This document shows positions 25,181-32,000 of a DNA stretch of 32,000 bases, in pieces. The stretch covers positions 1,014,239 through 1,046,238 of the forward strand of contig NZ_CP180230.1 in the NCBI RefSeq assembly GCF_047555085.1. The letters are read 5' to 3'. Source of the stretch: Candidatus Saccharimonadota bacterium. Lineage in GTDB: Archaea > Nanohalarchaeota > Nanosalinia > Nanosalinales > Nanosalinaceae. The notes below the pieces were generated by a model, which worked only from the letters and a program-made list of their open reading frames with translations, did not search any database and was not told the DNA's origin. Every line of letters starts with the position of its first letter. Position 1 is the stretch's first letter. The position numbers were made by a program, and so were the translations under genes.

Positions 25181-26162
25181 TTTTCTCACTGGTTGAATTA
25201 TCTCTTGATTCTTTTTCAGAATACCTGTCCATTATTTCTTGAAATTCTTCAGAAAATTTCGAAATAGAATTTTCCTTCTCAAAATTTCCTAATTTGTTCT
25301 GAAGCTCTTCCAAAATTTTTTCTCTAGCTCCATCTCCAAGGTCTGCGTATTTTACTCCTTCTGCAAGATCTTCAGCATCAAATTTTCTGATTAGGTTTTC
25401 GTCCACATTTCTTACGATTTCTTTGGCTCCGACATTCTCTGTGACTACAGGGATGCTTCCTGCGGCTATGGCTTCGAGTACTGAGATTCCGAAGGCGTCG
25501 GCTCTAGACGGTTGTACGTAGATTTTCGATGTTTTGAGTTCGTGTATGAGTTTTTCTTCTGGTACGTAGCCGAGGTTTTCGACATTTTTGTGGTATTCAA
25601 GGTCTGTCTTGTTTCCGATCAGCTTGGCTTGAAAATCTCCTTTCTCTGCTGCTTCCTCGAGTACGTCGGTTCCTTTCCAGCCGTTTTTTCTGGTGTGTCT
25701 GGCGACTGTTAGGATTCCTTCTCGTTCTTCTCCTGTTTCTTCCATTAGTTTTTCTTTCCTTTCCTCGTCGATGTACGGATTGATGACTTTGATCGGGCAG
25801 TCAAGGAAAGTTTCTGCCTGTTCTTTGATCCATTCAGAGTCTGCGATTGCTCCGTCAACCTTTTTTGCAGCCCATTTTTCGCCTTTCATTGCATCGTGAC
25901 CGTTCTGAATCATATAGTAAGTTCCTCCAACTATCATACGAACTATTTTTGTCCCAGGCCGGATTTGTTTATGGAGTGCTGCTGTTCTGGTGCTTCCTGA
26001 ATCTTCGCAGAGAAGTACATCGTACTTGAAGAGTTTTGGATGAATAGCCTGAAGAATTCCTAACTTTCCATGCTTTATCTGCATGAAGTCTGCGTCGACT
26101 GATTCTGCCCATGAGGAATGTACTTCATGTGGCTCTCCATTATGTAGGAATAAAACATCCAT
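25170..26162 (-). CDS. GT-B fold glycosyltransferase (GT4 / Glycos_transf_1)
   Basis: 330 aa with the C-terminal donor-binding motif ADAFGISVLEAIAAGSIPVVTENVGAKEIV. Confidence 0.8.
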   Translation of the reverse strand: MDVLFLHNGEPHEVHSSWAESVDADFMQIKHGKLGILQAIHPKLFKYDVLLCEDSGSTRTAALHKQIRPGTKIVRMIVGGTYYMIQNGHDAMKGEKWAAKKVDGAIADSEWIKEQAETFLDCPIKVINPYIDEERKEKLMEETGEEREGILTVARHTRKNGWKGTDVLEEAAEKGDFQAKLIGNKTDLEYHKNVENLGYVPEEKLIHELKTSKIYVQPSRADAFGISVLEAIAAGSIPVVTENVGAKEIVRNVDENLIRKFDAEDLAEGVKYADLGDGAREKILEELQNKLGNFEKENSISKFSEEFQEIMDRYSEKESRDNSTSEKNEK

Positions 26163-26219
26163 TCTGTAAACTAGTTATTGAAGCGAATAGATAAAAGACA
26201 TCTGAACGAATTCCAGGAC

Positions 26220-27308
26220 ATGAGGATTGCTGTTGTTTATCCTAGGATCAGTCGTGGAATAGGCGGGATTGAGTCTGTTACTGATGAGATTCTTTCAGAG
26301 TTATCAGAAGAGGATGATGTTGTTTTCTTTTCTGTGGTCCCGGAGAAGTTTAGAGAGTCTCTGAGTGAGGAAGTTCTAGGGCGGATTGAGGTCAGGGATG
26401 TTGGATCGAATATTCGTATTCCTCTGCGTGATTCGGAGCGTTTCCAGTTGTTGAAGGAGAAGCTAATTCATAGAAGAATCGGAAGCTTCATGGAGGAGGA
26501 AAGCGGAGATTTTGACGCAGTTGTTTTTTCTGCGAAGTTCATGTATTCGGGGAATTTTGACTGTCCGACCATCCAATATGTTCATAATCCGAGTGTAAGT
26601 TTTCAGCGGAGTGAGTATTCCTCCAATCCTCTGAAATCTGTTTATGATAGTTTCCTGAATTTTCTCAGTTCTGACGTATTTGATGCAGACCTGAATCTGT
26701 TTAACTCAGAGTTCACACGTGAAACGTACTCCAGTATTTCAGGAGACGTCCTGTATCCACCTGTAGAATCCGATTTTTTTCCAGGCGATAAGGAGGATAG
26801 AGTCATCTGTCTGGGCCGGATTGCAAGGAATAAACGTATTGATGAGGCTATCGATATCGTTGCTTCTACCGAAAAAAATCTTGAGATGACAGTGATGGGT
26901 AGAACTACAGAAGGTACGCCAGAGTCTTATTTACAGAAACTTGAAAGCCGGGAGAAAAAATACGACTGGCTGGAGATCAAAACGGATGTTCCTCAGGACG
27001 AACTGGTTAAAGAAATGGCTAAGTCAAAAATCGGTATTCTAAGTACGAGGAATGAGCATTTTGGCATCGCTGCCGTGGAGTACATGAAGGCTGGTGCGCT
27101 TCCAATGGTACACAGTAGTGGAGGTGTCCAGAGCTTAGTGAATAAAGACAGATTCACGTATGAATCAATAGGAGAGGCCTCAGAAAAGATTGATGAGAAT
27201 CTCGGAGAATACGATGAGTTGAGAGATTTCGTTATTGAACGCGGGAAAGATTTTGATGTAGAAAGTTTCAGAAAAGGAATCAGAGAATCAGTGAACGGTA
27301 TTACCTGA
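26220..27308 (+). CDS. GT-B fold glycosyltransferase (GT4 / Glycos_transf_1)
   Basis: It carries the motif NEHFGIAAVEYMKAGALPMVHSSGGVQSLV. I set the start to ATG 26220 (MRIAVVYP...); the track start at 26178 is TTG. Confidence 0.8.
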   Translation: MRIAVVYPRISRGIGGIESVTDEILSELSEEDDVVFFSVVPEKFRESLSEEVLGRIEVRDVGSNIRIPLRDSERFQLLKEKLIHRRIGSFMEEESGDFDAVVFSAKFMYSGNFDCPTIQYVHNPSVSFQRSEYSSNPLKSVYDSFLNFLSSDVFDADLNLFNSEFTRETYSSISGDVLYPPVESDFFPGDKEDRVICLGRIARNKRIDEAIDIVASTEKNLEMTVMGRTTEGTPESYLQKLESREKKYDWLEIKTDVPQDELVKEMAKSKIGILSTRNEHFGIAAVEYMKAGALPMVHSSGGVQSLVNKDRFTYESIGEASEKIDENLGEYDELRDFVIERGKDFDVESFRKGIRESVNGIT

Positions 27309-28374
27309 ATTCTTCAATAGCTTTTTCTAAAGCTGAGGTGCCTTTATCTAAAGATATATATTTTTCTGAAGTTTCAGGATTTTTCTTGAGTAAATTTTGG
27401 AGCTCAGAAGCATCTCCCTCTCTAAAAATTTTTTCTTTATCCAGTAGTTCTTTTGCGCCGGCTGCTTCTGTTGTGATTGCTGGAGTGCTGTAGTGCAGGG
27501 CCTCGTTGATGACTAGGCCCCATGGATCGTGATGTGTTGGGAGTACGAATAGATCCGCTGCATCAAAGTAGTTTGCTTTCTCCTGCTCCGATAAGTAGCC
27601 GACAAACTCTATCCTGTCGTCCTCTGAGGCCTTTTTCTTCAACTGTTTTTCGTATGGGCCTGTTCCTGCAATTACAAGCGTGTAGTCCTCATCGTCAATT
27701 CTCCGAAAGGCCTCAATTAAGTCTTGTACTCCTTTTCTTTCTTCTAGGTATCCTAGTGATAGGATCATTTTTTGGCCTGAGTAGTTCTCCTTCAGATCGT
27801 GATTTTCCGGCTCCGGCAGTAGTTTTTCCGGCATTACTTGTATCTGTGTCTCGATTTTTTCCTCCGCTACTCCTCTTCTCACAAGAAATTCTTCTGCCAT
27901 CTCGGAAAAGGCGACGAATCTATCGGAGAACTTGAAAAGTATTTTTCTGTAACTCTCTTTGAAGCTTCTCCAGGCCTTTACAGGTATTTTCTTGAGAACT
28001 GAGTCTGGAATTTCCCTAGATTTTTCTGTATCTATAGTTTCGCTCCAGATTACTACAGGCCTCTGTTTGAGTTTTGCTACTGTTAGAATCGCGAACGATT
28101 GTAGAAAAGTTGATGGATTCTCGTTGATGAAGTATACGTCAAAATTTTCATTTAGTAGTTTCCAGAAAAATCCTGGATTGAATGTGAGTGGGCCTAGTTG
28201 AAAATTATCCAAAATTTTGTAGTCAAAGCCGTAGTCGTCGAATTCGGCTTCCCATTCTCTTTCTTCTCCTTTCCTGTGGAACCATACTTCTACATCGTAT
28301 TCTTCATTTAGCTCCTCGAAAAGTGGAAGTCGGTACGGGGAAATAATGTTTTGATTGAAAAATATTCGAGTCAT
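27301..28374 (-). CDS. GT-B fold glycosyltransferase (GT4 / Glycos_transf_1)
   Basis: 357 aa with the motif HHDPWGLVINEALHYSTPAITTEAAGAKELL. Its 3' end overlaps the convergent GT gene by 8 nt. Confidence 0.8.
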   Translation of the reverse strand: MTRIFFNQNIISPYRLPLFEELNEEYDVEVWFHRKGEEREWEAEFDDYGFDYKILDNFQLGPLTFNPGFFWKLLNENFDVYFINENPSTFLQSFAILTVAKLKQRPVVIWSETIDTEKSREIPDSVLKKIPVKAWRSFKESYRKILFKFSDRFVAFSEMAEEFLVRRGVAEEKIETQIQVMPEKLLPEPENHDLKENYSGQKMILSLGYLEERKGVQDLIEAFRRIDDEDYTLVIAGTGPYEKQLKKKASEDDRIEFVGYLSEQEKANYFDAADLFVLPTHHDPWGLVINEALHYSTPAITTEAAGAKELLDKEKIFREGDASELQNLLKKNPETSEKYISLDKGTSALEKAIEEFR

Positions 28375-29237
28375 TCAACTAGCTCCAGAACCTTATCGTG
28401 GAAATCCATGATTTTAGGAGTTTGGTCTAGGAACAGTTCTTTGTTGGAGGAGTAGAAAGCGTTTTCGTTGTGTCCGATCTTCGCTGGCAGGCCATGATCG
28501 GACATGAATATTATGTAGTCGTAGCCTTTCTCTAGGGCCTTCTCCTTGATCTCTCCCGCAAGTTCATCCATCTCGTTGTACATTTCCCTGAGTTTCTCTT
28601 CATCGTAATTCGCGTCTTTATCGCCGTAGAGATGATGGAATGTATCTGATCTATGAAAATGCATCATTAGAAAGTCTCGAGCTGGAATAAACTCGTTTTC
28701 CAGTTCGCTGAATAATTTTTCTTTCCTGTGACTGAACTCTCTCGTGTCGTAGTGCTCCATCGTCTCTGCCGGAGTCTTTCCGAACCCTAGAGGTCTCAGA
28801 TCTGCCTCTATAGTCCAGAAGGTCGAAGGATTATACCCTGGGACAAAGATAGGCCTTGAATTATCTATCTTCTCGAAAAGTGTATCGACTTTGAGGTCTT
28901 CTTTTTCCCATTTTGTCTCTTCAGCGTCAAGTGCCGATTTCAATGTCTCTCGTACCCTATGCAGTCCTCTCTTTGTTTCAAGCAAATTTTTAGGTACTAA
29001 AGTATCCAGAATTTCTCCACGAGAATCTTTCCACTTATTGAGGCCCTCAATTCCGTGCTCTTCCCAGTTAGTGCCTGTGATAAAAGATGCGAAAAGCTCA
29101 GAGGTGTAGATATTCTTCATCCCTGTCTGGTTGTCGATCGATCCGAACTCTTCCTGCCTAATATTTTCCAGTTCAAACTCTTCAATCAGTTCTTTGTCAA
29201 GTCCGTCGAAAGCGACTACAAGTACGTTTTCACTCAT
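28371..29237 (-). CDS. alkaline-phosphatase-superfamily protein, NPP/phosphodiesterase-like (short form, paralog C)
   Basis: 288 aa with VAFDGLDKELI, YTSELFASFITGTNWEEHGI, HFHRSDTFHH, IFMSDHGLP and GHNENAFYSSNK. It is the closest paralog of 19831-20706. Confidence 0.7.
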   Translation of the reverse strand: MSENVLVVAFDGLDKELIEEFELENIRQEEFGSIDNQTGMKNIYTSELFASFITGTNWEEHGIEGLNKWKDSRGEILDTLVPKNLLETKRGLHRVRETLKSALDAEETKWEKEDLKVDTLFEKIDNSRPIFVPGYNPSTFWTIEADLRPLGFGKTPAETMEHYDTREFSHRKEKLFSELENEFIPARDFLMMHFHRSDTFHHLYGDKDANYDEEKLREMYNEMDELAGEIKEKALEKGYDYIIFMSDHGLPAKIGHNENAFYSSNKELFLDQTPKIMDFHDKVLELVE

Positions 29238-29251
29238 TTCTGTCAGGCCCT

Positions 29252-30334
29252 CTAGTTGTTATAGAGTTCTAGAAGTTTTTCAAGATGTACTTTAGGCCTG
29301 TAGTTTTGTTCATAGTCGTCACGAGAATTTTCTCCAAGAACTTTCCAGTCAACTTCTGTTGAAAGATTCCTGATCAGGCCTTCTACATCTTCTGATTTGA
29401 ATATAAATCCTGTTTCTCCTTCTTCGACAAGTTCCGGGAGACCTCCACGATCTGAAACAATTAAAGCTGAACCAAAGGCCTTGGCCTCCAAGGCAACTAG
29501 AGGATTGTTTTCTCTCCATCTAGAAGGTATCACTACGGCTTTTGAATTTCTGTAGAGCCCTTCCAGTTTCTCCTCTGACACGTATCCGTGGACTGTTACT
29601 TTTCCCATACCTGAAGATTTTTCCTCTAATTCTTCTTTCATCTTTCCTTTTCCTGCTATTTCCAGCGGCGGAATATCGTAATCATCTCCTGAGGCTTTTC
29701 TGTAGGCCTCTACAAGTAGGTCCGGTGCTTTCCCGTCTTCAAGTCTGCCGACGAAGAGGAAGTGTTCTCCCTCGTAATCAGGTTCTCGGTCGGTTACGAA
29801 GTTAGGTAGATGTGTGGATGGTGTGTATCCGTTTTCCTCCAGTTCTTGTGTTAGAGCTCTCGAAGGAGCTGTGTATCTATTTATGACGTTTTCTCTCAGT
29901 TTTTTTAGGTATCTCTGTGTGCCTCTGTCCAGTGTTTTTCTTATCTTTCTCTCAAATTGATTCATTTCATAGGCGTACTTGTCTTTCAGTGAGACGAAGC
30001 CAAAGTCATGTACAGTCTTGACAACTTTCTCCCCTCTTAGGCCTTTCAGGACTGCGACAGGAGCCACTACATTCTTATTGAGATGTACTACATCAGGATC
30101 AACTTCTTCCACAACTTGCTGGACTTCTCTCTTGATCCTTCTGTTGTAAAAGTACCTGTTCTTCAATTTAAGTACAGGATTAGAGGCCTCTTCGATACTG
30201 TAATCAGATTCATCCGAATCATCGAGCGTCAGTGTTTTGACTTCGTGATCCTCTTCAAGCTCTTCTTCAAGGCCTCTAACATAGTTCTCTGCTCCTCCAA
30301 AGGAGTAGTGGTCGTTCACTAGGAGAATATTCAT
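29252..30334 (-). CDS. GT-B fold glycosyltransferase (GT4 / Glycos_transf_1)
   Basis: 360 aa with the motif RENNPLVALEAKAFGSALIVSDRGGLPELVEEGETGFIF. Confidence 0.8.
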   Translation of the reverse strand: MNILLVNDHYSFGGAENYVRGLEEELEEDHEVKTLTLDDSDESDYSIEEASNPVLKLKNRYFYNRRIKREVQQVVEEVDPDVVHLNKNVVAPVAVLKGLRGEKVVKTVHDFGFVSLKDKYAYEMNQFERKIRKTLDRGTQRYLKKLRENVINRYTAPSRALTQELEENGYTPSTHLPNFVTDREPDYEGEHFLFVGRLEDGKAPDLLVEAYRKASGDDYDIPPLEIAGKGKMKEELEEKSSGMGKVTVHGYVSEEKLEGLYRNSKAVVIPSRWRENNPLVALEAKAFGSALIVSDRGGLPELVEEGETGFIFKSEDVEGLIRNLSTEVDWKVLGENSRDDYEQNYRPKVHLEKLLELYNN

Positions 30335-31485
30335 TTCTCTGTTTCCTCTACTACTTCATTTATTTTTTCATCGAATTTGTTAACGAATTTGTCCCAAGTG
30401 TATTCTTTTGATCTCTTTTTCCCTTTCGCTCCCATTTCCCTGACTAGTTCCTCGTCTTCAACCAGTTTTTCCATGGCTTCTGCCATCTCGTCCGAGTTAT
30501 CGACTAAGAGGCCTGTCTCGTCCTGTAGGACTGATTCTGTTGGGCCTCCTTCGTTCACGCTTATAATCGGCTTTTCGTAGCTTCCGGCTTCTATCGGAAT
30601 GATGCCCCAGTCCTCGTTGATGGCGCAGAAAAGGATTGAATACGCATTCCTGTACAGGTCTTCCCATTCGTCGCCGGGAACATCACTTTTGACTTCTACT
30701 CCTTCTATTCTTTCTGCTCGTTCCTTGATCTCTTCATAATATTCTTGCTTTTCCTCGTTGACTCCTCCGGCGATCACTAACCTGAAGTCAGTCTCGGGAT
30801 TGTTTTCCCTGAATTTTTCATATGCATCTAATGTGAGGTCCTGACGCTTGTAGTATGCGAACCTGGATGGATAGAAAAAGTAGTTGTCGTATCTGTTACC
30901 GGAGTTGTCGGATGTATCGGCTCCCGGATGATTGATCGATGTCTTTTCCTTATGGATTAAATGATCTGAAGTGGCTCTCTCCTGTGTAGTTCTTGAATTG
31001 AAGATCACGTGATCGAACAGTTTCCATGCCGGCCTTTCTATTATTTCATATACGCGTGTGGCCAGTCTGTAAAAATTCCTCTTCAGCAATCCTGAGTTCT
31101 CGATCTTGTGCCTGTATATATCCTCGTCGTGTACAGGCCTCAAAGGTGTATGACAGAATCCTATCAACGGCTTTGAGTGATTCCTGTAGTTGATGACTTC
31201 CGCGACTCCTCCTGTAGACACAACCAGCGCATCGTGTTTCTTCATCGGAAGCTTGGAGATCATCGCTCCAAGCGTAAATGTGAGGCCTCTGAAGATCTCT
31301 CCTATTATCGGTAGGCCTCCCAGCTCCACCACGTTATGCTCCTCGAACTCGTCGTACGTATCTTCCGGTACGTACTTGTTAGTATATACTGTGATGTCGT
31401 GCTCCGAGTTCTCCAGGAGCTTGAGAAGTACTTTCTCTCCACCGCCTTTGCAGTGGATCCATGCGTGGTAGATCGCCAGGTCCAT
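30331..31485 (-). CDS. GT-B fold glycosyltransferase (GT4 / Glycos_transf_1)
   Basis: It carries the motif NEDWGIIPIEAGSYEKPIISVNEGGPTESVLQDETGLLV. I set the start to ATG 31485 (MDLAIYHAW...); the track start at 31551 is TTG. Confidence 0.8.
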   Translation of the reverse strand: MDLAIYHAWIHCKGGGEKVLLKLLENSEHDITVYTNKYVPEDTYDEFEEHNVVELGGLPIIGEIFRGLTFTLGAMISKLPMKKHDALVVSTGGVAEVINYRNHSKPLIGFCHTPLRPVHDEDIYRHKIENSGLLKRNFYRLATRVYEIIERPAWKLFDHVIFNSRTTQERATSDHLIHKEKTSINHPGADTSDNSGNRYDNYFFYPSRFAYYKRQDLTLDAYEKFRENNPETDFRLVIAGGVNEEKQEYYEEIKERAERIEGVEVKSDVPGDEWEDLYRNAYSILFCAINEDWGIIPIEAGSYEKPIISVNEGGPTESVLQDETGLLVDNSDEMAEAMEKLVEDEELVREMGAKGKKRSKEYTWDKFVNKFDEKINEVVEETEK

Positions 31486-32000
31486 ACAGAAGTATTGTGT
31501 GATGTAAACTTGAAGTTTGTTACGCGAGAGATGAGAGAAGACTGAACACAAAACGGAACAATCCCTCGATAAATCTTCCGATCCCTAGAACGATGGCAGC
31601 AATCAGATTTGCCACTGCCTCGTGAGAATCCTTCGCGTCTGATCGTCGATGGTGTGAATGACTCACTGATCTACAGTTCCGAGTGAAGATTTTTGAACTA
31701 GACGGAAGGCCTCTTTTTAGTCATAACTAAGTAACATCTCCACTTGAAATCAGGGGGTGGTTTTGGTAGATAATCGATGGATAAATTCAGAGAAACTCTT
31801 AGCTTCAAGCCTGAAACTCAGATCGTTTCGAGAAGTTAGTTTGAGGCCTGGAACTCGAAGAGAAATTTCTAGAATATAGATAGTTTCTAGAAAGATCAAG
31901 GAGTAATCACGGCAGATGAAAATCGAGTGTCAAGTGCAGATGAACCAGAGGTCAAACGACAGGTGTCTGGAAAAACGTGTTTTCAGGCCTTGTTCCGTAC

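Noticed and set aside
12087-31551. N-terminal extensions in the ORF track: 12087, 13684, 15571, 16584, 18304, 19779, 25189, 26178 and 31551.
   Set aside because: All but 16584 and 19779 begin at TTG or GTG. Some would overlap the neighbouring gene or add non-conserved residues ahead of the family N-terminus. In each case an in-frame ATG lies downstream, several with an SD-like GGAG or at the conserved start of the domain. I used those ATGs, though the true starts remain unverified.
1-32000. Mobile elements, integrases, tRNA or rRNA genes, CRISPR arrays and known defence systems.
   Set aside because: I saw no transposase, integrase or Cas-like ORF and no terminal inverted repeats. No cloverleaf-like sequence appears in the short spacers, and there is no repeat-spacer array. 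The BREX/Dnd-like reading of the PP-loop plus AlkP pair lacks the ATPase and protease partners, so it is kept only as a low-probability alternative in the findings.
31916-32000. A possible 5' end of a + strand gene (MKIECQVQMNQRSNDRCLEKRVFRPCSV...).
   Set aside because: Only 28 codons are visible and there is no recognisable motif. This is too little evidence to call a CDS, so it is noted under the ORF-poor stretch instead.

Overview
This is a compact archaeal locus of about 30 genes with almost no non-coding DNA. Many gene pairs share 4-nt ATGA start/stop overlaps, and several convergent gene ends overlap.

Archaeal origin follows from a NAC tail, SecF/SecD and an STT3-type AglB oligosaccharyltransferase. 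The proteins are uniformly Asp/Glu-rich, which suggests a salt-in halophile. The tight packing would fit a reduced-genome, DPANN or nanohaloarchaeon-like organism. That assignment is inference only.

From about 2.9 kb to 31.5 kb the window is one large protein-glycosylation / surface-glycan island. It contains:
- aglB translationally coupled to a polyprenyl-phosphate GlcNAc-1-P transferase
- a GT2 dolichyl-phosphate hexose synthase with a GtrA tail
- a Wzx/MOP flippase
- five GT-B (GT4) glycosyltransferases
- two SDR epimerases, a cupin and a HAD-like phosphatase
- two FkbM-type methyltransferases
- FolD plus a formyltransferase
- a CysD/PAPS-reductase-like PP-loop protein
- a secreted glycine-rich protein
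- six alkaline-phosphatase-superfamily paralogs

The most unusual signals are:
1. The palindromic hexamer AGGCCT occurs about 98 times by my eye count, against roughly 8 expected. It is found in genes and spacers alike, with a clear density trough at 16.4-27.1 kb that suggests a mosaic origin.
2. Cytoplasmic Thr/Ser-nucleophile AlkP-fold genes are expanded and interleaved with the glycosyltransferases.
3. A minus-strand operon runs RHH, AlkP-like, CysD-like, FkbM, formyltransferase.
4. A ribbon-helix-helix domain is fused to a sugar-nucleotidyltransferase-like domain that has lost its catalytic G-x-G-T-R loop. This is a candidate sugar-nucleotide-sensing regulator.

I recognised no rRNA, tRNA, CRISPR array, transposase or integrase.
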